Shown: piece after piece, positions 28,023 through 37,340 of the stretch
How the letters are laid out: every line of letters starts with the position of its first letter
Numbering within the stretch: the stretch's first letter is position 1
Source of the DNA: a virus
Virus record (IMG/VR): IMGVR_UViG_2540341061_000001
Span: 149 to 64,148 of that record
Reading direction: 5' to 3' (one strand)
Length of the DNA: 64,000 nt
The notes under the pieces: generated by a model
The model's input: only the letters and a program-made list of their open reading frames with translations
The model's database searches: none
Told to the model about the DNA's origin: nothing
Made by a program: the position numbers and the translations under genes

Positions 28023-30886
28023 AGAAACTCTTCAGCCTCGGTATCGACGTCAATTTTCAGGCATACGACGCGGGTGTTGACGCCTTGAATCCGCTTCTGA
28101 GTCTGGTTGTTGTTGCCGCCCTCCGAATTGGAAAAGCTCTCGATATACTCTCTGTCATGGAATCCCTTGATGCACTTGGTATAGATGAAACCGGAGTCCT
28201 CCAAAGCCTCGCGCAGAACCGACGCTATAACGAATACATGATGCTTGTCGATTTTGCCGTAACAGGGAGATACAGCCGTATCGAAACGGTTCTTGTTTTC
28301 CGCGACCCATCCCTCAACAAAATGCCATGCTCTATCCACGGAATCTTCCTTTTCCAGCGACTTGCAGTTATGAAGCAGCGTCATACCTAGTTCCAACGCC
28401 TCCGCTATGGCATCCTCGTCGCTCATACTGAAAAGGCACTCGGAGGAATATTTGTCGGCAAGGGTGATAGCGGCTATATTGTCCAGATGCGCGCCGGGGT
28501 CGCCGAGGTCAAGCATTTCAAAGGACTTTTTCAGTTCACTGCGAATCTTGGTGTAGTCGCCGCTTAATTTGCCTTTGACCGGCATTGCCTTTTCAACCAG
28601 ATACCTTACAAACTTCTCTCCGGCAAAGCCATAATTGTCCTCGCTGACCTGGTGGACATACCGCCCGTACTCCATGTCCTCGATAGGCTGACCGTAGACC
28701 TCCAGAACACGGGTGTTTATGCCGTCCATAGAGGTTTCGTTTGTGATGGGCTGCTCCCCGGTAGAGATGATGCTGTTAAGCCAGGTTGGTACTTCCTGCA
28801 GGCCGCCGTTTTTTGAACCTCTGGTCTTGCCGTAACCGTTGCCCAGAGAGTACACGATGGTGGAGGAGGACAGCCGTTTTTCGTTCAGCACCTGCAGCTC
28901 GTCCAGACCAAGCGGCAGATGCTTCAACGTTCCGGCTCTGCGTTCCAGACCGACCGCCGTGGAGTTAAAATTGCCCATGAGTTTCAGCGGATTGCCCCAG
29001 ACGGAAAGAGAGAATTTCAGCATGGCGGTCTTTCCGCTCCCAGATGCGTACCAGAAGTGGATGTTGATGATTCTGTTCTGCAGCGGACTCAACATCGGGG
29101 AAACAAAGGAACCCGCCAGCATGGCTCTCGATACGGCCGACTCCCGCAGCACTTTTGCGGTTTCAAGCCACACCTCGAAATCACCCTTTGCCGTTAGCGC
29201 CGGGAGTATCTCCTCGCCGTCGTCACCGTCAAACACGATCTCGCCCTCTGTGACATAGGGGTAGAACTCTTTTCCTATCCATCCGATTCTGCTCACGCTG
29301 CGGATAAAGGGAATGACGCCGCCGTTCTCGGTTTCATAATCAGTGAAATACCGCACCATGCCCTCAGAGTTGTCAGAGGACACCAGAAGGCCGCTGTCGG
29401 CGTATTTTACGAGGGAGGTTTTATTGAACAGATTTGACCGGGGAGCGCGAAGGGTCTTCCATTTGCCGTTTCGCATGAAGGCGAGTTCCATCATTTCCAT
29501 GCCGCTGTCGATATTCTCAAGCCTTGCGGTGATAACCACGGGCTGATGGCAGAGGCTCACTTTTATTGGAACGCCGTTGATGTAGGATGTGGAGCAAATA
29601 CCTTCTTCAATGCTGATCTGATATCCGGCGGGTTCCACTGCGCCGTTAAGGTCGATGCCGTCAAGGTTGATTTCTGCCTGCATACTGTCAAACTCCGGCT
29701 CTATGGCTTTATCCGCTGTGAACTTGACAGCGTGTTCAAAATCTCGAATCCCCACGCCGGATGTTTTTATGAGCTGCTTGAGCCGGGCGTAGAGGGCGGG
29801 CGCTTTTACTTTCGCGTACCCGGCAAGCCGAAGAGTGCGGTCGTCCAAAGCCTCATCGCCGTCAATCTTCTTTTTTGCCAGCAGTATTTCAAGCTGTTCA
29901 TGGAGAGAAAGCAGCGCATGGACGACGGGAGCCTTTACGCCGCAGCCGCCCGCAGGACAGTCAAAGCAGAGGTTCTCCCGGATATACAGGCAGGTGACCG
30001 GGCGTTTGACCTTTTGTGAGCGCTGAATCTTCCGCTCCGTTTCCTCTTCGGAATAGCCGTCATACAGGGCACTCCACTCGTGGAACAGCTCCGCTCCGTC
30101 CGGGACGAGGGAAATGTTATCGCACATGGCTTTCCATTCCGGCTCAGTCACGCTGTTGGGGTGGTTTTTGAGTTTCTGCACAAAAGCGCAGCGTTCCATG
30201 ATCCTGTTAGCGCTGCCAGTCGTTTCCGGGTCTGCCTCAAACGGTTCTCTGTCTGAGGACGGGGAATTTTCGTAGTACCCTGCAAAGTCCTCAAGGGTGT
30301 ATCGGGGACCGTCAAAAGACAGAACTCCACACGGCACGGGCTCGTCCAGCTTGTGGTTCAGACTGCCGGGGGCGCGAAACATATGTGAGATGTTATACAC
30401 GTTGTCCAGTTTCCAGCCACGCTTTGACGCCTCCGATATCAGCAGCTTTCCGAAGCCCCGGAGCAGACCTTTCGCCCGTTCACGGGTGTCGTCATCCGCA
30501 AGGGACACGGGCTCCTCGAAAAGGTAATAGCCGTATATGCCGTAGCCGGAGTTCACGAAGCCCGTGGGCTTTATTTTCATATCGTCAAGAAAAGCCATTG
30601 CCGAATCCTTGTCCGGCGGCAGTTCGGTTTCCTTGTGGGCGGGACCGTGAACGTCGATATCCGCTACAAAGGCGATGAGGGTTTCCACATCATCGTCCTC
30701 ACCACGGAGGTGCGGCGGCAGGTCGGCTCTTCTCGTATTGGGATTGATATACACATTCCTGCTTTTGCCGATTTCGACCACGCGGTCATAGACCTCGGCC
30801 GCCGGGACGCGGAAGTGCTTTCTGTCCGGCAGAGTCGTTATGATGACCTCATCGCCGAACAGCTTATAAAATTCGCGGTCGTCCAT
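28019..30886 (-). CDS. Primase-helicase (primase domain, Cys cluster, DUF927-like helicase domain)
   Basis: ADIDV..HMFRAPGSLN primase motifs; SGSGKT Walker A; LDELQ Walker B; NGYGKTRG. Confidence 0.85.
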   Translation of the reverse strand: MDDREFYKLFGDEVIITTLPDRKHFRVPAAEVYDRVVEIGKSRNVYINPNTRRADLPPHLRGEDDDVETLIAFVADIDVHGPAHKETELPPDKDSAMAFLDDMKIKPTGFVNSGYGIYGYYLFEEPVSLADDDTRERAKGLLRGFGKLLISEASKRGWKLDNVYNISHMFRAPGSLNHKLDEPVPCGVLSFDGPRYTLEDFAGYYENSPSSDREPFEADPETTGSANRIMERCAFVQKLKNHPNSVTEPEWKAMCDNISLVPDGAELFHEWSALYDGYSEEETERKIQRSQKVKRPVTCLYIRENLCFDCPAGGCGVKAPVVHALLSLHEQLEILLAKKKIDGDEALDDRTLRLAGYAKVKAPALYARLKQLIKTSGVGIRDFEHAVKFTADKAIEPEFDSMQAEINLDGIDLNGAVEPAGYQISIEEGICSTSYINGVPIKVSLCHQPVVITARLENIDSGMEMMELAFMRNGKWKTLRAPRSNLFNKTSLVKYADSGLLVSSDNSEGMVRYFTDYETENGGVIPFIRSVSRIGWIGKEFYPYVTEGEIVFDGDDGEEILPALTAKGDFEVWLETAKVLRESAVSRAMLAGSFVSPMLSPLQNRIINIHFWYASGSGKTAMLKFSLSVWGNPLKLMGNFNSTAVGLERRAGTLKHLPLGLDELQVLNEKRLSSSTIVYSLGNGYGKTRGSKNGGLQEVPTWLNSIISTGEQPITNETSMDGINTRVLEVYGQPIEDMEYGRYVHQVSEDNYGFAGEKFVRYLVEKAMPVKGKLSGDYTKIRSELKKSFEMLDLGDPGAHLDNIAAITLADKYSSECLFSMSDEDAIAEALELGMTLLHNCKSLEKEDSVDRAWHFVEGWVAENKNRFDTAVSPCYGKIDKHHVFVIASVLREALEDSGFIYTKCIKGFHDREYIESFSNSEGGNNNQTQKRIQGVNTRVVCLKIDVDTEAEEFL

Positions 30887-31223
30887 AATTTTTACACCTG
30901 TCTTCCTCGGTTACAAATTTTATGGTCATGTTCTTTTCACTCGCCCTGTCAAACTCCGCCTCCATACCGGAACTGAGGCGGTCGCCGCACACCCAGAATT
31001 CGCCGCATCTGTCCATGAGGGCGTTACCAAAGGACATACCGAGTTTTCGTTCCGCCGGGTCGTTATCGTCCATGAACTGCGGATACAGAAGATGAGGCGC
31101 AACGGGGATGTATCCCTTTTCAACTGCAAGGCGGCAGTATTCTCTCGCAGCCTTTACGTTCGCCGCCACATCCCCGGAGTAGGGACTGCAGATGTACACG
31201 AGGGTTCTTTTGTTATCCGGCAT
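30864..31223 (-). CDS. DUF4406/nucleoside deoxyribosyltransferase-like phage protein
   Basis: VYICSPYSG..PVAPHL..CGEFWV.G..SSGMEAE. Confidence 0.75.
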   Translation of the reverse strand: MPDNKRTLVYICSPYSGDVAANVKAAREYCRLAVEKGYIPVAPHLLYPQFMDDNDPAERKLGMSFGNALMDRCGEFWVCGDRLSSGMEAEFDRASEKNMTIKFVTEEDRCKNYGRPRIL

Positions 31224-31599
31224 GGCGCACCTCCGAAATCCTGTCGAGGAGTTCATCGACAAAAAGCTCATATTCCTCCGGGGCAAGAGCGCGGACGTCC
31301 TCGACCTCGAAATTCTCGCAGAGTCCGTGCAGTTCCATGCCGTAGCCGATATCCTTTAGAACATCGGTCAGACGGATAACGGTATCGATGTTAATATCGC
31401 CTCTGTGCATCATCTTCGCGCTGCATTCGGCACAGTTCACCTCCGTGTCAAAGGGATCTTGTGCTCCGGCGAGAATAAGCTCCCGCAGATCAATCTGGAT
31501 TTCCTTGCCGCATACGGCGCAGCGGGTATAAGTGCTCTTTGCCGTGACGGGACCGAACACGACCGCGCCGTCCTTCAGCTTTGTTTTTGTGTAAATCAT
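31213..31599 (-). CDS. Hypothetical protein with CxxC..CxxC
   Basis: GGAGG RBS; CAVC and CAEC. Confidence 0.65.
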   Translation of the reverse strand: MIYTKTKLKDGAVVFGPVTAKSTYTRCAVCGKEIQIDLRELILAGAQDPFDTEVNCAECSAKMMHRGDINIDTVIRLTDVLKDIGYGMELHGLCENFEVEDVRALAPEEYELFVDELLDRISEVRHAG

Positions 31600-31644
31600 C
31601 TTCTCTACCTCCGCAGTATTCGTGATAAACGGAAAATCCGTCCT

Positions 31645-31681
31645 CACCTCGTACAGGACAGGCAAGGACGGAAACCGTACC
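31645..31681 (-). promoter_or_regulatory. Phage-specific promoter/operator, copy 1
   Basis: CACCTCGTACAGGACAGGCA-N5-GGAAACCGTACC, identical arms at 36060-36096. Confidence 0.6.
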
Positions 31682-31685
31682 ATAT

Positions 31686-33677
31686 TTAATCTTTTTTATA
31701 AAAATCGCATTCGTAGCCGTCGGCACTGAGGATAAGACCCGGAGCCCAAGGCGGTGTTCTGCCCATCTGTTCACAGACCACGTCAAGGGACATGATCCTG
31801 TCCGCTTCGATGATGACTTCATCGTGTACATGGGCAACAATGTTACAGCAGCGCAGAGTCTTCATGGCGTGGCAGAGGATATCCCGGCTTGTCGCCTGGA
31901 CGATGTTTTCCACCAGTTTTGGGCCGTAAGTTTCAAGCCGCTCCCACTTTTTCGTGCCGCCGGTACCCTCATAAGTGATAGCCTCGCCGCCGAAACGGTT
32001 CTCTCCGATTCTTGGCTTCACATAGGCAAGCCGTCTGTCAGACGGTAGTTTTATAAAAAGGAACCCGCTCTCATAGGAAAACTCGACGCCGTAAGCGGTT
32101 GTATGCGTTTTACCTCTAATAGCCGCTTTTGCTGCTCGGTCGACCGCCCACCAGAATTTGACGATATTCGGGTTCGCACCGCGCCATGAATCCACGATGG
32201 GCTGAAGCTCCGACTCCTTTAGACCCATCTCCAGAGCGCCCATTGCCTTTAGCGCGCCCACGGAACCGCCGTAGCCGCAGGCCAGTTCCGCAACCTTACC
32301 TTTCTGCCTGAGTTCGCCGTTTACGCCGTGCTTTATCACGGGGACGAGGAACATCTGCGAGGCGGTGGCGCAGTAAATGTCCTCACCCTTGGCGAAAGCG
32401 TCCAATTTCCACTGTTCTTTGGCAAACCACGATATGACCCGCGCCTCGATTGCTGAGAAGTCCGCCACTATAAACTTCCTACCGTTCTGCGGCACGAAAG
32501 CCGTGCGGATAAGTTGGGACAAGGTATCCGGGATATCTTCATACAGCATTTCAAGAGCGTCGTAATCTTCGGCTCCGGCGAGAGCGCGGGCTTCGTCAAG
32601 GTCGGGGATATGATTTTGCGGCAGATTTTGTAACTGGACAAGTCGTCCGGCGAATCGGCCAGTGCGCGAGGCTCCGAGGAACATGAGCATTCCCCGAACG
32701 CGGCTGTCAGTGCAGACGGCGTTTTCCATCGCCGTGTATTTCTTTACGGACGATTTCGCAAGCTGCTGGCGGAGCTGCAGCACCGGCACAAGCTCCGCCG
32801 GAGCGGTCTTCAGCCGTGCTGACACTTCCTTTTTACCGAGGGTGTCTATCTCAAGACCGTTATCCGCAAGCCAGCCCTTGACCTGCGCCACGCTGTTGGG
32901 GTTTTCCAGAGCGGTCAGTTCCCGCATGGCGTCTGTCAGCGCATCTGTTGACTTTGCATCCAGGGACAGGCAAGCGGAAACGAACGGCATATCCACGCCG
33001 ATGCCTCGGTCGTTTATTTCTTCGGACAGATGGTACTCGTCCCATACGAAGTCCGGCACGGGTAACTTAGAAAGTCTCTGCGTTATCTGCATCTCGACCT
33101 CCACGTCGCGGAGGTTATATGACTTGAATAAATCCCACTTTTCCGGGGCGTCGGATGGCAGATTCCTCACCCTGCCGCTGTTTGCCTTTGTCGGAGCACA
33201 AGGCTGACAGAAGAATTTAACGAGTTCCTTGCCCTCGGTCAGCTTTTTCTTTTCAAGACCGAGTATCTCTCCGACTCCCGAAAGGGAGAGCGGAAGGCCG
33301 AGATAAGCCGCCCATGTCATGGAGCAGCGCCAGGAGGTTGGGTTCAGAAAGCGGGTGCAATCCTGTTGTGACAGCGTATGGTTATCGCGGAAGGGGTCAA
33401 GACTGACACCCATATCGGCGAGGTACCGTGACAGGCACACCCGCTCAAATCCGCTGTTGTGCGCCCATTTGACAACTGTATCGTCCGTAAGGGCGTCGAG
33501 AATATCCTGCGGTAGTGTTTCACCTTGCAGAAGGTCAACAACCTTCACTTCGCCGCTGTCCACGCTGTATCCGAAGAGGATAATCTGAAAATCCGGGGAT
33601 TCGGCGTACTTATACACTCCGCATTTCTGAAGGCTCACGCTGCTGAATGTCTCAATGTCGATTTCAAGAGTCCTCAT
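31686..33677 (-). CDS. Phage DNA polymerase, family A
   Basis: IDIET exonuclease motif, QLQNLP, ADFSAIEARV, ELACGYGG, HVHDE. Confidence 0.95.
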   Translation of the reverse strand: MRTLEIDIETFSSVSLQKCGVYKYAESPDFQIILFGYSVDSGEVKVVDLLQGETLPQDILDALTDDTVVKWAHNSGFERVCLSRYLADMGVSLDPFRDNHTLSQQDCTRFLNPTSWRCSMTWAAYLGLPLSLSGVGEILGLEKKKLTEGKELVKFFCQPCAPTKANSGRVRNLPSDAPEKWDLFKSYNLRDVEVEMQITQRLSKLPVPDFVWDEYHLSEEINDRGIGVDMPFVSACLSLDAKSTDALTDAMRELTALENPNSVAQVKGWLADNGLEIDTLGKKEVSARLKTAPAELVPVLQLRQQLAKSSVKKYTAMENAVCTDSRVRGMLMFLGASRTGRFAGRLVQLQNLPQNHIPDLDEARALAGAEDYDALEMLYEDIPDTLSQLIRTAFVPQNGRKFIVADFSAIEARVISWFAKEQWKLDAFAKGEDIYCATASQMFLVPVIKHGVNGELRQKGKVAELACGYGGSVGALKAMGALEMGLKESELQPIVDSWRGANPNIVKFWWAVDRAAKAAIRGKTHTTAYGVEFSYESGFLFIKLPSDRRLAYVKPRIGENRFGGEAITYEGTGGTKKWERLETYGPKLVENIVQATSRDILCHAMKTLRCCNIVAHVHDEVIIEADRIMSLDVVCEQMGRTPPWAPGLILSADGYECDFYKKD

Positions 33678-33774
33678 CGTCATCTTCCTCCTCGCAGTAT
33701 CCGCCGTCCTCCGAATCGTTGAGGCATCTACCCTCGATATAGTCGAGGTAATCGTAATAGCTGTCATCGAACAT
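33664..33774 (-). CDS. 36-aa highly acidic peptide
   Basis: Manual translation MFDDSYYDYLDYIEGRCLNDSEDGGYCEEEDDDEDS; GGAGG RBS 8 nt upstream; overlaps PolA start. Confidence 0.55.
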   Translation of the reverse strand: MFDDSYYDYLDYIEGRCLNDSEDGGYCEEEDDDEDS

Positions 33775-33836
33775 ATTCGTTTCCTCCATAAGAAAAGCGG
33801 TGGAGAAAGACTGTCTCCCTCCACCGTCCGTTCGGT

Positions 33837-33986
33837 TTACTGTTTTTCTTCGTTATCCTTGCGGATGCGTTTTTTCTCTCTGCGCTCATCTATCGCAAAC
33901 TTTACGATACAGATTGCGTTGCCGATAAAGGTTCCTACCACGGCACCGAAGCAGACCGCAAGCATCATTGACTGGATGTTTGTCAT
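33837..33986 (-). CDS. Small single-TM protein
   Basis: MTNIQSMMLAVCFGAVVGTFIGNAICIVKFAIDERREKKR...; GGAGG RBS; followed by hairpin 33798-33826. Confidence 0.6.
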   Translation of the reverse strand: MTNIQSMMLAVCFGAVVGTFIGNAICIVKFAIDERREKKRIRKDNEEKQ

Positions 33987-34001
33987 AGTGTCAGACCTCC
34001 C

Positions 34002-34574
34002 TTAACCCAGGAAGTCGTCGTCGGCATCACTCTGATAGCCGTCGCTAAAATCGTCTTCAGCTTTCGCTTTGCCGCCGAGGGATTCGCCGTCCTTGATTTT
34101 CTGGATGTTCTGAAGACCGCAGGCGACGCCTTTATTGCCGTTAGAATTAAAAGCATAGAAGCTGAGAGACACACGGGCATACACGCCGGAGTAGATTTCC
34201 GAGGTGTCGAAGATGGGCTGGCAGTGGACATCCACGACGCCGGGAGCATTATTGCTGTTGGCGTTTACGAACCAGCAGCCCTGGTACGCCTCATCATCTG
34301 GGCGTTCGACATCTCCGTCGCGGAGGGGCGTTTTCAGAGTGGAGAGCGGAGGCACAGTTTTGCCGCTTCCGCGCAGCTTGCCCTGACCTTCCTCGTAGGC
34401 CGCCTGAATAGCAGCCTTGATCTTGGTGACGGTGACGGTGTCGGACTTAGGGATAAGTACGGAAGTGGAGAATTTGGGCGCGCCGCCGTTAATGGATTTT
34501 GCCTGCCAGATATTTGCGTAGGAAAGACGGGCAAGGCCGGTTACTACTTTTGTGGGGTTAACAGTATTTGTCAT
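34002..34574 (-). CDS. DUF2815 family ssDNA-binding protein
   Basis: RLSYANIW, PLRDGD, GNKGVACGLQNIQKIKDGE, acidic tail. Confidence 0.9.
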   Translation of the reverse strand: MTNTVNPTKVVTGLARLSYANIWQAKSINGGAPKFSTSVLIPKSDTVTVTKIKAAIQAAYEEGQGKLRGSGKTVPPLSTLKTPLRDGDVERPDDEAYQGCWFVNANSNNAPGVVDVHCQPIFDTSEIYSGVYARVSLSFYAFNSNGNKGVACGLQNIQKIKDGESLGGKAKAEDDFSDGYQSDADDDFLG

Positions 34575-34587
34575 GATAATAATCTCC

Positions 34588-35691
34588 TTAATTTTCGTTA
34601 GGGTCGGCGAAGTTATCCGCCGCCGTGTTTAGTTCGTTACGCTTGTCCGATGCCGGAACAAGCACCGGTTTGCCTTCGGGTTTGCAGGTCAGCCCGCCGA
34701 GCAGTTCATCAAACCTCTTCCTGCCGAGAAGCGAGGTCATTGCCGTTATTCCGAGCAATTTGTGTTCATAGGGGTCGTATCCTGCGTCCTTGACCGCGGC
34801 TGCAGCGGCATCATCATCTGTGTACTTGCGGTTGCTTCTGCCGGCCACAACCTTCCAGCCGTCATACTTCGTGCCGGAAAGTGCCTGGGCAAGAGCGTAG
34901 TCCTTGACGTCCGACGCCCAGGAAACCAGTTCGTCGATTTTGCCGAGGATGTCCGCCACCTCACAGATTTGAAGTAGAGCGGGGTCTGTGAAGTCATAGA
35001 CGGCAAGCGCCATATTTGCTTCGGCTCTGGTTCTGCATTCCGTTTTCGCCTTGCAAAACCGGCAGTGATCGCCGGCCGTATAGCTGCCTTTGCCGTCCCA
35101 TGCGAGTTTCGCTGCCGGGACAAGCACGGTTTCCGCCCATTCGATAAGAGCATCCGCTGTGGTTTCCCAGGTCTGCACATTTCCGAGCCTCGGCTGATAG
35201 ATGCTCATCCGCACGGTATCGAACCGATAAAGGAAGTCGAACATCCGCATGGCACCGAGGGTGTAGATGCGAAGCTGGTCATTATCTACTGCATCAACTT
35301 TGACTCCGCGCCCGCTCTTGAGATCAATGATGTGCAGAACGCCGTCCGATACGATAAGCGCGTCGCAGGTGCCGAAGCATTCCGGGACATAGAGGGAACA
35401 GTCAACACGCTGCTCGACAAACACAGCCGGGTCTTTAAGTCCTTCCGTCTGCTCCATTACGAAGTCGGCGTAATCGGATGTGTACTCATCCATTTCCGCG
35501 TCGTCGCAAGCAGGAGCGTTTTTGGCTCTGCCGAGCCGATGGTTGAGTTTCCCCTCTGCCACACTGTGGGCGAGGGTGCCTTCAGAGGCGTAGCTTGATA
35601 CCGAGTCCGCGAGGAACTCTGTAAGCCGAGCCGACGGCGGACACGCAATCCACCTGTGGCTTGCCGAGGGAGAGAGGAGTGCGTGGCTCAT
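34588..35691 (-). CDS. DUF2800 family (Cas4-like PD-(D/E)XK) nuclease
   Basis: HALLSPSASHRW..C, GTCDA, IIDLK.G, QL..Y, C.FC. Confidence 0.85.
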   Translation of the reverse strand: MSHALLSPSASHRWIACPPSARLTEFLADSVSSYASEGTLAHSVAEGKLNHRLGRAKNAPACDDAEMDEYTSDYADFVMEQTEGLKDPAVFVEQRVDCSLYVPECFGTCDALIVSDGVLHIIDLKSGRGVKVDAVDNDQLRIYTLGAMRMFDFLYRFDTVRMSIYQPRLGNVQTWETTADALIEWAETVLVPAAKLAWDGKGSYTAGDHCRFCKAKTECRTRAEANMALAVYDFTDPALLQICEVADILGKIDELVSWASDVKDYALAQALSGTKYDGWKVVAGRSNRKYTDDDAAAAAVKDAGYDPYEHKLLGITAMTSLLGRKRFDELLGGLTCKPEGKPVLVPASDKRNELNTAADNFADPNEN

Positions 35692-36014
35692 AGCAGCGCC
35701 CTCGCTTTCTCCATGAGCTCTTCATAGAACTCACTTTCGATCTCGGACAGCTTTTCACAGCCGTGGCTTTCAAGCAGCTTCTTTACCTCCGCCGTTTTTC
35801 CGCCGCGGGATACCTCCGCTAGCAGAGCGCGGACTTCAGCAAGTTCCGGGGTCTTCTTCTGAGGTGCTTTGGGAGCGGGACTGCCAAACTCGTCTGCCTT
35901 GAGCGCCGTACTCAGCTTCGTCACGCTGCCAGCCAGCGAGGTGAGCTCCGAGATTACACGCGCCAGGGTTTCCGCGATGTTGACCAGTTCGTTCCCGATT
36001 TCGGTGATTGTCAT
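35688..36014 (-). CDS. Phage hypothetical protein
   Basis: Synteny; LAEVRALLAE..KLSEI motif. Confidence 0.65.
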   Translation of the reverse strand: MTITEIGNELVNIAETLARVISELTSLAGSVTKLSTALKADEFGSPAPKAPQKKTPELAEVRALLAEVSRGGKTAEVKKLLESHGCEKLSEIESEFYEELMEKARALL

Positions 36015-36059
36015 TCGGTTTACCTCCGTTTCTTATTTATGAGAGGTCTTGTCCCTCTC

Positions 36060-36096
36060 CACCTCGTACAGGACAGGCAGAGAGGGAAACCGTACC
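36060..36096 (-). promoter_or_regulatory. Phage-specific promoter/operator, copy 2
   Basis: Matches 31645-31681 at 32/37 nt; directly downstream of the sigma-like gene. Confidence 0.6.
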
Positions 36097-36108
36097 GAAA
36101 CGCAGAAA

Positions 36109-36681
36109 TTATTCGAAATAGTTTTTGAGAGCAGGATTTTCACGGAGAGTCTGTGCGAGTTTTTTCACGCGTTTGCGGATAGCGCCCTCACTCAGACCGC
36201 ATTCCTCCGCAATCTTCGCCTTTGTCTTGTCGCTCAGAAGCTCGTCCCACAGATACCGCTCCTCCGGGGTAACGGCGTCAACAGCGATGCGAATGGATGT
36301 GATGGTTTCCTTTTTTATAAGGAACTCAACGGGCTCGTCCGTATCGTCCGGGATATCAAAGCCGCTTTCCTCGCCGTCATCGGTGCGGGACATGGGCTTG
36401 TCAATTTCGAGGTCGCCGTGCTTGGCGGCTCTCGCCGTCCAGCGTTCCTGGCTCTTAAGGTCGGCGGCGTTTGCCTTGTGGGTATCATCACCCATCGTGT
36501 TTCTGGGGAGCCGAATTGCCATCTCTCGGTCGGGGCTGTAGTACCAGCGTTGAACGAAGGGGTTGTCCGCTGTGGGTATTTCTGCCGGGGCGAAGCATTC
36601 CTGCCGGGTACATTCGACCGTTTCTCCGCTCTGGCGCATACGGTAATAGTGGCAGTAGTGAAGGCTTTGGTAGTTTTTCAT
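36109..36681 (-). CDS. Sigma-70 region-4-like transcription regulator
   Basis: C-terminal TKAKIAEECGLSEGAIRKR HTH; GGAGG RBS. Confidence 0.7.
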   Translation of the reverse strand: MKNYQSLHYCHYYRMRQSGETVECTRQECFAPAEIPTADNPFVQRWYYSPDREMAIRLPRNTMGDDTHKANAADLKSQERWTARAAKHGDLEIDKPMSRTDDGEESGFDIPDDTDEPVEFLIKKETITSIRIAVDAVTPEERYLWDELLSDKTKAKIAEECGLSEGAIRKRVKKLAQTLRENPALKNYFE

Positions 36682-37038
36682 GGTGTTTCCTCCTGTGATT
36701 TGCCGAGGCATCAGCGGCGGAGGAAACAAATAAAGGGTCTGCATCCGATGGACACAGCCCTGTTTCGCATAAAATGAGCGCACGAAACTAAGGTGGTGGC
36801 ACATCGGAGCTTCGGTGGCGGTCTTTATCACCGCTCCCGAAACCTCTATGTAACCTCCACCGCTTCATGGCCACTCAGCGATGTTGATGTATTTTCAGAG
36901 CCGTATAATCCGCGGCTCCTGCGGACTGTTTGGAATCTCAAGCACTGCTGCTTTTTAGATTCTGTGCTTATGGTAGCACGGATTTTTTTCTCACAATGGA
37001 CACGTCGTGTCCTGTAAAAAACCCATAAACGCAAAAAA

Positions 37039-37088
37039 GCCGGAGTTATCTATTTCGGCCTGATACAGGCTTCGTAGATAACTCCGGC
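37039..37088 (-). terminator. Long hairpin terminator/attenuator
   Basis: 14-bp stem GCCGGAGTTATCTA/TAGATAACTCCGGC with nested small hairpin, T-tract on minus strand. Confidence 0.7.
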
Positions 37089-37134
37089 GGTTAGCTCCTC
37101 GATTGGTTACGGGGCAAATTGCGGTAGTTTCTTA

Positions 37135-37329
37135 TTATTGATTCGCAGCTTTTGCCGCTTCCACCTGGTAGACTACGTCATCCCAGGGGATTTTCTCATA
37201 TTTGTTTTTATCTGATTTTTTCTCAAGGAAAACCTTGTCGCCTTCAATAATTACATCACAAAAGCGAGGCGGAGTCGACTTATCGCTGTGGAGGTCTCGA
37301 ATTGGGCGTTTTATCAATTTTCGTACCAT
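37135..37329 (-). CDS. Small hypothetical protein
   Basis: GGGGGG RBS-like run; MVRKLIKRP start. Confidence 0.6.
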   Translation of the reverse strand: MVRKLIKRPIRDLHSDKSTPPRFCDVIIEGDKVFLEKKSDKNKYEKIPWDDVVYQVEAAKAANQ

Positions 37330-37340
37330 AGCCGCCCCCC

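Noticed and set aside
16025-33677. Inteins or homing introns in terminase, primase or PolA
   Set aside because: Lengths and motif spacing look normal; no LAGLIDADG or intein terminal motifs seen
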